64,000 nt of DNA from an uncultured Clostridia bacterium (GCA_944381135.1 CALWJY010000001.1:217306-281305), one strand, 5' to 3'; shown: positions 17,923 to 26,460, counted from the stretch's first letter. The notes: generated by a model not told the origin, from the sequence alone. Made by a program: numbers and translations.

Positions 17923-19161
17923 TTAGACTGCGAATGTGACAGTTTGAATTTCAGGGCTGTCACTCAAAACGCTTGCCGACCAGAAACTTAAAACCACAAT
18001 GTCGCCCGCTTGGGCTTGATATAGCACATCAAACAAATCGGTTTTGCAATAAATCACAGCACTTGCCACTGTTCTGCCACCTCGTCTGACGCTGACACCG
18101 CTCAGCACATTGCCTTGCGCAATTGTTGTATCTCCATAAACAAAATCTTCAAGCAAGAAATATCCTGCCGAAAATCCGCTGTCGAAATTTTGGTAGGAAC
18201 GAAAATTTATGAGACTATCAGAATATTCAATCCATACCCCGTCAAAATAGAAAGCATTTGTGTTTCCCGTGTCCATTTGCGAAACGATGTCCATGTGGCA
18301 ATAAAGTTCCACTCCGTCAACACCGCTGAAACTGCCAACAAGCGAATTTTGGTATGTTGCCTCGTTTTCATAGTCATCAATCACATCATCCAAAACCAAA
18401 TCAACAACCCCAGCAGGAACAACCGCAAATGTTCCGTCATCCAAAACCTCGCCGTAAGAAAGCCCCAAAAGATGACCCGACTTATCAAAAACCGCCCCGC
18501 CCGTGAAAGATAAGTCTTCAATTTCAACGCAATAGCAGTTTTCAACAACAAAATCAATGGCAGTCACGCCGTCAACATCCATAATGCTGTAAACATAAGA
18601 AAGGCTGTCGGCAGAAATTGTCCCCGACCAAACATTTTGACTTTGCATAGGCGAAGAAACCGCCAAAACAGCATTGGTTCCACTCAGATTTGTGGTCGAA
18701 ATTCTCACAAATGGCAAACTGATTTTTTCTTCATCTTCAGCAATTGGCAAACATTTCAAAATGGCAATGTCATAGTTTTCATCAGAAAACAAAATCTCGC
18801 CCTGATAAACCTTTCCAGAATTGGTGTTGATTGTGAAACCTTGTTCGTCTGCACAATCTTTAAGTTCGCTGTATGGTGCAACAATCCAGCCATCAGACCT
18901 GACATTCACGCCAACAACGCTGACGGTCACATCCTCAAAATCATCCACTGTGTTAAAGTTGATTTCAACAGTGGCATCAAGATACATCTCTCCCACGGAG
19001 TTGTCGGACAAAAAAGGCCACAAAGCCAATTTTGTGGCGATGTTGTTTGGTGAAATATAGAAAAAATAGAGCACAACAAACAAATAACACAGCACCACTG
19101 CAATCACTGTGAAGAGGATAATCCAAATAATTTTGCTGTTTTTGCTTTTTTCTTCTTCCAT
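17923..19161 (-). CDS. Membrane-anchored HtrA-like (trypsin fold plus PDZ-like) protein with a non-canonical catalytic triad
   Basis: It has a TM helix (IIWIILFTVIAVVLCYLFVVLYFF). YDIAILKC occupies the Asp motif. FTGGAVFDKSGHLLGLS replaces GNSGGxL, and IVAPYSEL replaces TNxHV. The C-terminal segment GVSVRRGGRTVASAVIYCKTDLFDVL..GDIVVLSF is PDZ-like. The start is either the ATG at 19161 or the TTG at 19200. Confidence 0.6.
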   Translation of the reverse strand: MEEEKSKNSKIIWIILFTVIAVVLCYLFVVLYFFYISPNNIATKLALWPFLSDNSVGEMYLDATVEINFNTVDDFEDVTVSVVGVNVRSDGWIVAPYSELKDCADEQGFTINTNSGKVYQGEILFSDENYDIAILKCLPIAEDEEKISLPFVRISTTNLSGTNAVLAVSSPMQSQNVWSGTISADSLSYVYSIMDVDGVTAIDFVVENCYCVEIEDLSFTGGAVFDKSGHLLGLSYGEVLDDGTFAVVPAGVVDLVLDDVIDDYENEATYQNSLVGSFSGVDGVELYCHMDIVSQMDTGNTNAFYFDGVWIEYSDSLINFRSYQNFDSGFSAGYFLLEDFVYGDTTIAQGNVLSGVSVRRGGRTVASAVIYCKTDLFDVLYQAQAGDIVVLSFWSASVLSDSPEIQTVTFAV

Positions 19162-19556
19162 ATCAACCTTTTTGTTAAATTTCAAATTCACAAAACGCAA
19201 AACTTGTGCAAGCGAAAAAACATCAAGACAAACGCAACAATATTTAATTTAAGTATAACTCAATTTGACCAAAAATTGCCAAATTTTCAAACAAGAAAAT
19301 GTTTGGAATGTTTAAAAATTTTTGCGAATTTTGAAGAATTTTAATTCGACAATCAAAAATTGTCCGTTTTCGCTTTAATTTCCAAAAAGAAGAAAAATTA
19401 AAACTCATCACAAAATCTTAAAATTCAATTCAAAAAAATCTCTAAAACCACAAAACTCAAACCGCACCGCACATCGCATTAACGAGTCAACCTTAAGAAA
19501 TTTTTTGCAAACTCAAATTTAAAACAAAACAAAGTTTGCTTAAAACTCAAAAACAA

Positions 19557-21038
19557 TCAGATGATTTGCAAACTTTTCTTAAACACCTTTCTAAAGTCGT
19601 CCGAAACTTTCATGCTTTGGATGATTTCAAAAGATGGGTCTGCATTCACAACAGTTTTCATGATGATGCTGTCGCCCAAGATGTCGCAAATGATGTCGTT
19701 GATGACATTCTTTCTTGACGCGTTAAGGTTGACAGCCAACCTCACAAGCACACCCATTTTTCTGATTGCGTCAACATCTTCATCCGAGAGGATGTCTTTA
19801 TATTTCATCACTTCTGGCAAATTGAAGTTGTCCAAATTCTGACAAGAGCAGGCAAAAGCAGCAAGCACAATGTCTTTTTGAGAAGCGCCCGCAATGGCAG
19901 AATTCAAAATTGTGTAGTATGCATGTTTTTGATTGTCTTTGAAACTGATAAATTTTCCGCAATCATACATATAAGCCGCAATTTTGAGAGGTTTTGCATA
20001 GACTCTTGGCAACTTGTGCACAACTTTCAACTGTTTAAAAAGCAAGATTGCCATTTCGTAAACCTGATTGTTGATGGCAAGCCCCTCTTTTTTGAACTCA
20101 TACAGCGCATCCAAACTGTTTTGAAGCATGTCGGAATATTTCTCATTTGCCGTGCCAACAAGGTTTGAAAGCACAACACCCTCGAGCGCATAGGCAGAAG
20201 AAACACAAATGCTTTCAACTTTCAAAATGTCATAAATTGCCGTGATGATTGCCAGCCCACCATTGATGCTTTCTGCACCCTCTGGGCCAAGCCCCTTGAT
20301 TTTCTTGACTTTCTGCGCGTCCACGCCACTGACAAAAGCGCCAACCTTTCCAACACCTTCAGAAGAAAGGTCATAGTTGTTGTCAATATCAATTGGATAT
20401 TTCAACAATTTCTTGGCAATTCTTGCAACGTCAATGAAACTTTCACCACAGCCAATCACAAAATCGCCGTCATAACTTTTGACAAGAGAACACTTCTTCA
20501 AATCTTTCTTAACCAAAGCCACTTTGTCGGCAAAAGTGCCGTCAATGGCTGAAAGATTGCTGTATCCATAAGGAATGGAGTTATATTCCACCACATTGCG
20601 CTTTGTGAACTTCAGAATGTAGGTATGATATGGATCAATGTCAACAATATATCCTTTTGACGCATCAATTTTTGACATGCAAGAAAGATAGACATTTCTC
20701 ACCACCTCATCATCATTTGAAATAAGGAAATTCATGCCGGTGTTGGTGTAGATTTCGTCCAAAAATCCGCGATAGTTCCTTGCTTTCACAATGATGTTTG
20801 AAGCCACAGCAATCATTTTTTCAGCTTTAAAAGTTTCAATTGTGAAACGATAAATGTTTAAAATTTTCAAGATGTCATTTTTTGATTTTGGGCTGAAAAG
20901 ACAATCTTTGACAATGTCACCTGTCAAATCATAATAGTTTTCCACCTCTTCCAAAATGCGATATCTTCCATTTCGACTTTGAACAATCAAAAGTTTGACT
21001 CTTCTTTCATTCAAACTGATGTATGCAATGTTTTCCAT
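19557..21038 (-). CDS. Ppx/GppA-family protein (ASKHA fold plus HD-like C-terminal domain) with degenerate phosphate loops
   Basis: Length and architecture fit the family. The C-terminal HKLPRVYAKPLKIAAYMYDCGKFISFKDNQKHAYYTILNS matches the Ppx HD region. The N-terminal loops read AYISLNERRVKLL and VDIDPYHTY instead of DxGSNSxR and DxGGGSTE. Confidence 0.6.
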   Translation of the reverse strand: MENIAYISLNERRVKLLIVQSRNGRYRILEEVENYYDLTGDIVKDCLFSPKSKNDILKILNIYRFTIETFKAEKMIAVASNIIVKARNYRGFLDEIYTNTGMNFLISNDDEVVRNVYLSCMSKIDASKGYIVDIDPYHTYILKFTKRNVVEYNSIPYGYSNLSAIDGTFADKVALVKKDLKKCSLVKSYDGDFVIGCGESFIDVARIAKKLLKYPIDIDNNYDLSSEGVGKVGAFVSGVDAQKVKKIKGLGPEGAESINGGLAIITAIYDILKVESICVSSAYALEGVVLSNLVGTANEKYSDMLQNSLDALYEFKKEGLAINNQVYEMAILLFKQLKVVHKLPRVYAKPLKIAAYMYDCGKFISFKDNQKHAYYTILNSAIAGASQKDIVLAAFACSCQNLDNFNLPEVMKYKDILSDEDVDAIRKMGVLVRLAVNLNASRKNVINDIICDILGDSIIMKTVVNADPSFEIIQSMKVSDDFRKVFKKSLQII

Positions 21039-21214
21039 TATGCCTCCTTGTCTAAATCAATTGCGCTCACAGGGCAACTTGCCTGACAAGCACCACAGTG
21101 AATGCATTTTGTCTTGTCAATTTGCGCTTTTCCGTCTTTGTCAAAAGAGATTGCACCCACTGGACAGATTGCAACACAAGTTCCACATCCAATACATTTG
21201 TTTTTATCAACCAT
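21038..21214 (-). CDS. 2x[4Fe-4S] ferredoxin, 58 aa (absent from the ORF track because it is under 60 aa)
   Basis: My translation is MVDKNKCIGCGTCVAICPVGAISFDKDGKAQIDKTKCIHCGACQASCPVSAIDLDKEA, which contains two CxxCxxCxxxCP motifs. It has a GAGGTG SD. Its TAA overlaps the downstream ATG as TAATG. Confidence 0.85.
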   Translation of the reverse strand: MVDKNKCIGCGTCVAICPVGAISFDKDGKAQIDKTKCIHCGACQASCPVSAIDLDKEA

Positions 21215-21254
21215 TTTTCACCTCGTATGAAAGCATAATTCTTGCTTCATACAA

Positions 21255-21283
21255 AATATAGCACAAAAAACAAAATTTGTCCA
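21255..21283 (-). promoter_or_regulatory. SigA-type promoter for the ferredoxin-Ppx operon (-35 TGGACA, 17 nt, TGcTATATT)
   Basis: The -10 box is at 21255-21260 and -35 at 21278-21283 (minus strand). Confidence 0.5.
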
Positions 21284-21304
21284 CCTTTTTAGCAATTTTT
21301 GCAA

Positions 21305-21694
21305 TTATTTTTTAAATAATTTAATAAATTCAACAACCGCCAAACCGCACAGAAAAACGCCAAAAATGATTTTCAAAATTCTTGAAGGCAAGAAGGACAT
21401 TGCCACTGCACCCAAAACGGAAAAAATCACACCAAAAAGGATAATCCACCAAATGTTTTTGGTGACAATGTAGCCGTTGCGATAGTGAATATAAATGGAA
21501 AAAATTGCCATAACCAAAAAACTGAGCAAATTGATTCCTTGCGACAGCTTTTGGTCAAAATCAAGAAAAATGGTGAGAATTGGAATGAGTAGCGTCCCAC
21601 CGCCCATGCCCAGCCCACCAAAAATGCCGGAAACAAGCCCCGCCAAAACCCAAAGAAAATAAGTCAAAAAAGTCATATCCTTATTTTCAATCAA
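21305..21694 (-). CDS. Half-size TauE/SafE (DUF81) family membrane protein
   Basis: The ORF encodes 129 aa with four helices and the family glycine motif GIFGGLGMGGGTLLIPIL. The start is uncertain, either the TTG at 21694 or the ATG at 21676. Confidence 0.7.
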   Translation of the reverse strand: MIENKDMTFLTYFLWVLAGLVSGIFGGLGMGGGTLLIPILTIFLDFDQKLSQGINLLSFLVMAIFSIYIHYRNGYIVTKNIWWIILFGVIFSVLGAVAMSFLPSRILKIIFGVFLCGLAVVEFIKLFKK

Positions 21695-21732
21695 AAATCA
21701 TTTTTTATGAAACACATAATTTTTTGTTTTTT

Positions 21733-21765
21733 CCGTCATTCTGAGGCGTCCATGACGCTTTTTTT
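21733..21765. repeat. GC-rich palindromic repeat unit, copy 1 (CGTCATTCTGAG core, then hairpin GCGTC-cat-GACGC and T7)
   Basis: The core at 21734-21745 is identical to 21784-21795. The unit stands out against AT-rich intergenic DNA. Confidence 0.6.
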
Positions 21766-21781
21766 GTAAAAGATGTTTTTA

Positions 21782-21824
21782 CTCGTCATTCTGAGCCAGC
21801 CGTCAGGCTGTGTCGAAGAATCTC
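21782..21824. repeat. GC-rich palindromic repeat unit, copy 2 (CTCGTCATTCTGAGCCAGCCGTCAGGCTGTGTCGAAGAATCTC)
   Basis: It shares the 12-nt core with copy 1. Internal pairing includes CAGCC/GGCTG and ATTCT/AGAAT. Confidence 0.6.
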
Positions 21825-21857
21825 AAAAACATCATTTATGCAGACTGCCAATAAAAT

Positions 21858-22079
21858 CTAAACAAAAACAATCAAATCTCGTTGTTGTTTAACTAACATA
21901 ACTGAAAAAATGTCATCAATCTTTTGAAAAACTTCATTCTGCTCTTTTGTCAAACTTGCAGTGAATTTATCAATAATTTCACCATCATGAACCTCTTTCC
22001 TAAACTCACTCAAAGGAATTTCTCTTTTGATATATGCCTGTTCAATAATGTCAACAAGGTCAATTTGATATTTAATCAT
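21858..22079 (-). CDS. Small hypothetical protein (73 aa)
   Basis: A strong GAGGAGG SD lies 4 nt from the ATG. I recognise no family. Confidence 0.55.
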   Translation of the reverse strand: MIKYQIDLVDIIEQAYIKREIPLSEFRKEVHDGEIIDKFTASLTKEQNEVFQKIDDIFSVMLVKQQRDLIVFV

Positions 22080-22245
22080 ATCCCCTCCTCAAATTATTTT
22101 AATCATCTTAATTGCTTAAGAATAATCAAACTCATTGTAACAAAGAAGTTCTAAGATTTAACCAAATGGGTAAATTATACCCACTTTTTTTAAAGATATT
22201 AAACGAACAAAATGTATTGTCAACGCAAAAAGACATAAATAACGC

Positions 22246-22278
22246 AAAAAAAACTCAACCAATTCGGCTGAGTTTTTT
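22246..22278 (-). terminator. Rho-independent terminator of rpmF
   Basis: The minus strand reads CTCAGCC-gaatt-GGTTGAG followed by T8. The stem spans 22254-22272. Confidence 0.7.
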
Positions 22279-22297
22279 CTTTTTTATATTTCAAAAC

Positions 22298-22495
22298 TTA
22301 TTGTTTCTTTGCACTTTTCTTATCTTCAACAACAGTCTTGTTTTTGTATGTGCCACAGTTTTTGCATACAGTGTGAGGTTTTTTAAGTTCGTGGCATTTT
22401 GGACATTCAACAAGTGTTGGAGCCTCTGCTTTGAAGTTTGCAGAATTTCTTGTGTTTCTTCTCTGTTTTGAAACTTTCCCCTTTGGAACTGCCAT
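22298..22495 (-). CDS. rpmF: 50S ribosomal protein L32
   Basis: MAVPKGKVSKQRRNTRNS...CPKCHELKKPHTVCKNCGTY is the zinc-ribbon form of L32. Confidence 0.95.
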   Translation of the reverse strand: MAVPKGKVSKQRRNTRNSANFKAEAPTLVECPKCHELKKPHTVCKNCGTYKNKTVVEDKKSAKKQ

Positions 22496-22549
22496 CTTTG
22501 TTTCTCCTTTTAAGTTTCTTCTTTGAATTTGCGATTAAAATCAAGCATA

Positions 22550-22578
22550 ATTATACAACAAACAAAATCATTTGTCAA
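22550..22578 (-). promoter_or_regulatory. Consensus SigA promoter for rpmF (-35 TTGACA, 17 nt, -10 TATAAT)
   Basis: Both hexamers are perfect on the minus strand. The -10 box is at 22550-22555 and -35 at 22573-22578. Confidence 0.7.
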
Positions 22579-22623
22579 CTTATATTTGACTTTTTTGCCA
22601 AGTTTTTTAAGTTTTTCCGAAAA

Positions 22624-23835
22624 TTATTTCTTTCTTTTCAAACTTTCAACAATTTTCTTTGTCTCAAGTGCCATCATCAACTCTTCATTTGTTGGCACAA
22701 CATAAAGTTTGATTTTTGAATTTGGTGCAGAAATCAATTCAACTTCACCACGCTTGCAGTGATTGTTTTTCTTCTTGTCAAGCACAATGCCAAGTTCTTC
22801 CATATCCTTGCAAATACCCTCGCGTGTCTCTTCGCCATTTTCGCCAATTCCGCCTGTGAAGACAATTGCATCCACTCGGTTGAGCACTGCCAAATAACTT
22901 CCAAGATGTTTTTTGATGGAATATGCAAGCATTTCGAGAGCCAATTTGCAACGCTCGTTGCCCGCTTTTGCATCTGCAATAACTTCACGCTGGTCGCTTG
23001 AAACGCCAGAAACGCCCAAAAGTCCGCACTTCTTGTTGAGGTATGTCAACACTTCGTCAACTGTCATCTTCTTCTTGTTGCACAAATATTGCACAACTGT
23101 TGGGTCAATGTCACCAGAACGTGTGCCCATCATCACCCCTTGAAGCGGTGTCAATCCCATGGTTGTGTCAACACTTTGTCCGCCTTTGACAGCAGTCAAA
23201 CTTGAACCATTCCCAAGGTGGCAAACTATGATGTTGAGGTCTTTTGGTTTTTTGCCCAAAATCTTTGCCATTTCAAGTGTGATGAATCTGTGGCTTGAAC
23301 CATGAGCGCCATACTTTCTGATGTGATATTTCTCATAGTCTTTATAGTCAATTGCATACATATATGCTTTTGGTGGCATTGTCGAATGGAAAGCCGTGTC
23401 AAAAATCAGAACTTGAGGCACATTTGGCATAACCTTTCTGCACGCCTCAGCACCCATTGCATTTGCTGGGTTGTGAAGTGGAGCAAGGTCGTCAAGTTCG
23501 TGAAGTTTTTTCATAACTTCATCAGTCACAAGCACACTTTCTTTGAAAAGCCAGCCACCTTGCACAACGCGGTGTCCAACAGCATCAATTTCGTCCAAAC
23601 TTTTGATGACGCCATAATCTTTGTTCACCAAAATGTCAAGCACTTTCTTGATTGCTTCTTCATGATTTTTTGCACCAGGAAATTTCTGCTCCTGTCCGTT
23701 GTGCTTATAAGTGATGTCAGGCTTTGAAAGTCCAATTCTGTCACAGACACCTTTTGCAAGCACGTTTTCAGTTTTCATGTCCAAAAGTTGATATTTAAGT
23801 GATGAACTTCCTGCATTGATAACCAAAATTTTCAT
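22624..23835 (-). CDS. ackA: Acetate kinase
   Basis: MKILVINAGSSSLKYQL is present with full-length AckA layout. It lies downstream of pta. Confidence 0.95.
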   Translation of the reverse strand: MKILVINAGSSSLKYQLLDMKTENVLAKGVCDRIGLSKPDITYKHNGQEQKFPGAKNHEEAIKKVLDILVNKDYGVIKSLDEIDAVGHRVVQGGWLFKESVLVTDEVMKKLHELDDLAPLHNPANAMGAEACRKVMPNVPQVLIFDTAFHSTMPPKAYMYAIDYKDYEKYHIRKYGAHGSSHRFITLEMAKILGKKPKDLNIIVCHLGNGSSLTAVKGGQSVDTTMGLTPLQGVMMGTRSGDIDPTVVQYLCNKKKMTVDEVLTYLNKKCGLLGVSGVSSDQREVIADAKAGNERCKLALEMLAYSIKKHLGSYLAVLNRVDAIVFTGGIGENGEETREGICKDMEELGIVLDKKKNNHCKRGEVELISAPNSKIKLYVVPTNEELMMALETKKIVESLKRKK

Positions 23836-24054
23836 ATATATTTCTCCTTTTATGTTTGTTGTCTTTCTTTTTGTTTTTCATTCTTGATTATTCTTATTTT
23901 TATTTATTTCTTGTTTTGATTTGTTTGCATTTTTTTAATTTGGTCTTTAATTTTGTTCGTTTTCTTTCTTGTCTCAATTCTCATAGTTTCTTGCATTCCA
24001 CACCACATGTTGTTGTGTTATGCATGCATAATACACAAAATCTTGAGATTGTTG

Positions 24055-25143
24055 TCATTTGTCTTTTTTCTTGTTTTTCTTCTCTTCTTTTGGATTTTTC
24101 TCTTTTTCTTCTTGTTTCACATTTTGCTTTTCTTGTTTCGCAGTCGTCTTTTCTGTCTTTTCTTTTTCTTCACATTGAAGCGCTGTGATTGCCGAAACCA
24201 CAACAATATCATTAACACTGCAACCTCTTGAAAGGTCATTGATTGGCTTCTTCAAACCTTGCAAAATTGGACCAATTGCATTCAACCCGCCAATGTATTG
24301 AAAAGTTTTATAGCATATGTTCCCCGCCTGCAAATCTGGGAAAATCAACACATTTGCGTCACCTTTAAGCGGACTGTTTGGCGCTTTGTGAGAAGCAACC
24401 GATGGAACCATGGCTGCATCAAACTGCAATTCTCCATCACACAAAACATCCTTTTCTTTCTTTTGGAATTTTTCAAAAGCAGTGCGCACTTTGTCCACAT
24501 ATTCCGACTTTGCACTGCCTTTTGATGAATATGACAAAAATGCAACTTTTGGAACAAAACCAAACATCTTGGCACTCTTCACACTTTGAGAAGCAATTGT
24601 GGCAAGGGTGTCCGCATCTGGATTTTCCAAAACTCCGCAATCAGACAAAATCAGTGCCTTGCCTTTGAGGAATTTGTTTTTGCCATAAACCAAAAAGAAA
24701 GAAGAAACAGGGTCTTTTTTGTTTTTTGCTTTGACAATTTGAAGTGCTGGTCTCACTGTTGTGGCTGTTGACGCTTCAGCCCCCGCAACCATGCCATCCG
24801 CATATCCACATTCAACAAGAAGTGTGGCAAAATAATATGGGTCTTTTTCAAGTTCGTCAGCCCGCTCCATTGTCATGCCCTTTTCCTTGCGTTTCTCATA
24901 GAGCGTTTTCACCAACTTTGCTCTGTCTGGAAAAGTGACAGGGTTGACAATGTCAAACTTTTCAAATTCCTTATCTCGCAAAATCAATGCGCTTGCGTCA
25001 CCCACAAGCAACACCTTGACAATCTTTTTCTTTTGCAAAATTTTGACAGCCTCAAAGGTGCGGTCTGAAAAACTCACCTCTGGGAAAACAATTGTTTTTT
25101 GTCGTTTTTTTGCTTCGTCAAGCACACTTTCAATCTTAAACAT
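24055..25143 (-). CDS. pta: Phosphate acetyltransferase with a roughly 45-aa Lys/Glu-rich C-terminal extension
   Basis: The Pta core runs from TIVFPE to the C-terminal SRGCSVNDIV. The tail reads EEKEKTEKTTAKQEKQNVKQEEKEKNPKEEKKNKKKDK. Confidence 0.9.
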   Translation of the reverse strand: MFKIESVLDEAKKRQKTIVFPEVSFSDRTFEAVKILQKKKIVKVLLVGDASALILRDKEFEKFDIVNPVTFPDRAKLVKTLYEKRKEKGMTMERADELEKDPYYFATLLVECGYADGMVAGAEASTATTVRPALQIVKAKNKKDPVSSFFLVYGKNKFLKGKALILSDCGVLENPDADTLATIASQSVKSAKMFGFVPKVAFLSYSSKGSAKSEYVDKVRTAFEKFQKKEKDVLCDGELQFDAAMVPSVASHKAPNSPLKGDANVLIFPDLQAGNICYKTFQYIGGLNAIGPILQGLKKPINDLSRGCSVNDIVVVSAITALQCEEKEKTEKTTAKQEKQNVKQEEKEKNPKEEKKNKKKDK

Positions 25144-25195
25144 ACTTTTTGCCTCATCTTTTTCATTCTTTATTTGAGAAATTTATAATATACAT

Positions 25196-25224
25196 ATTTT
25201 AAGAAAACATTTTAAGAATGTCAA
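25196..25224 (-). promoter_or_regulatory. SigA-type promoter for pta-ackA (-35 TTGACA, 17 nt, -10 TAAAAT)
   Basis: The -10 box is at 25196-25201 and -35 at 25219-25224 (minus strand). Confidence 0.6.
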
Positions 25225-25242
25225 ACAAAAAGGGGTGGTTTT

Positions 25243-26460
25243 TTGAAAAAAAAGTCAGAAAGAAAAACAAAACCAAGCACATTCGGCCTATCACAAAACC
25301 AAAACTTTGTTGGAACCATCCTCACACTTTTGGCGGCGTTTTTTCTTGTCTGCATGATTGCTCAGCCGGACAAGTTCATCAAGCAATCTCTTGACGGCAT
25401 TTCTGCATGGGCTTTCAATGTGCTTCCAAGCGTTCTACCTTTCATGTTTTTCACCAAACTGCTTTCCAGCCTCAACATAATACAAAAACTCACGCGTCCG
25501 CTTGCGCCTTTCAGTTCGGCACTTTTTAAAACTTCTCCAATCTCCGTCTATGCTTTCACCATGGCAATTCTTTCGGGCTATCCAGTCGGCTCGAAAATGG
25601 TTGCCGACCTTTACATGCAAGGACAAATCACAAAAGAAGAATCCTTCAAAATGACCTCTTTTTGCTCCACATCCGGCCCCATGTTCATTGTCGGCGCGGT
25701 TGGAATTGGAATGTTTAAAAATTCAACAGTTGGCTACATTCTCTTCATCTCCCACGTGCTTGGAGCAATCTTAAACGGAATAATTTTCAGAAATCTGAAA
25801 ATTGAAGATGATAAAGTGAAAATTTTTGGAGGAATAAAACATAAAACACTCAAAAGGAAATTCAAAACCAGCGTCCAAAACACCAAAATCACCGAGAACA
25901 TCAGAAACATCGAAAAAATCGAAGAAAACAACGCAAACAACGCAAATTTTTCAAAACATAACACCTCAACAAACAACACAACAAAACCTGAGCACCACAA
26001 CGCACAAATCGACACTGAAACCACACAACAGCGCAATCACAACGACACGCAAAACAACCCACAAAACAACTTCGAAAAACAAAAAATCGACATATCTGAA
26101 CTTGTCACCTCTTCCACACTTGCCATACTTTCAGTTGGTTGCATAATCACCATATTTTTCATTGTCATCGAGTGTTTTTCGCCAATTTTAAACCTCTTGC
26201 CCGACAGCATAGCATACTTTCTTGAGGGCGTGATTGAAATCACAAAAGGTTGCCTCAGCCTTTCAAATCTTTCAAACATCAAACTCGCCGTGATTCTTTG
26301 CAGTTTTGTGATAAGTTTCGGCGGAATTTCCACACTTTTGCAGTCCATAACCATGCTTAACAAGGTGAAAATGCCAATCAAAATTTTTGTACTTCAAAAA
26401 CTTTCTCACGGCATACTTTCAGCCATAATCTCCATTCCTTTAGTTTTGCTTCTTTTGTGA
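25243..26460 (+). CDS. ylbJ: Sporulation integral membrane protein YlbJ-like (nucleoside-recognition/Gate domain) with an internal Asn/Thr/Gln-rich insertion
   Basis: The TTG start follows AAAGGGGTGG. GISAWAFNVLPSVLPFMFF and ILSGYPVGSKMVADLY resemble YlbJ. An insertion of roughly 95 aa lies at about 25825-26113. Confidence 0.7.
   Translation: MKKKSERKTKPSTFGLSQNQNFVGTILTLLAAFFLVCMIAQPDKFIKQSLDGISAWAFNVLPSVLPFMFFTKLLSSLNIIQKLTRPLAPFSSALFKTSPISVYAFTMAILSGYPVGSKMVADLYMQGQITKEESFKMTSFCSTSGPMFIVGAVGIGMFKNSTVGYILFISHVLGAILNGIIFRNLKIEDDKVKIFGGIKHKTLKRKFKTSVQNTKITENIRNIEKIEENNANNANFSKHNTSTNNTTKPEHHNAQIDTETTQQRNHNDTQNNPQNNFEKQKIDISELVTSSTLAILSVGCIITIFFIVIECFSPILNLLPDSIAYFLEGVIEITKGCLSLSNLSNIKLAVILCSFVISFGGISTLLQSITMLNKVKMPIKIFVLQKLSHGILSAIISIPLVLLLL

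Noticed and set aside
22167-22190. Plus-strand hairpin TGGGTA-aatta-TACCCA followed by T6, antisense-oriented near the start of the small gene 21858..22079, considered as a possible antisense RNA terminator or type I TA system
   Set aside because: I could find no plus-strand promoter upstream. The hairpin overlaps a minus-strand TATAAT promoter candidate. The 73-aa protein is not hydrophobic or toxin-like.
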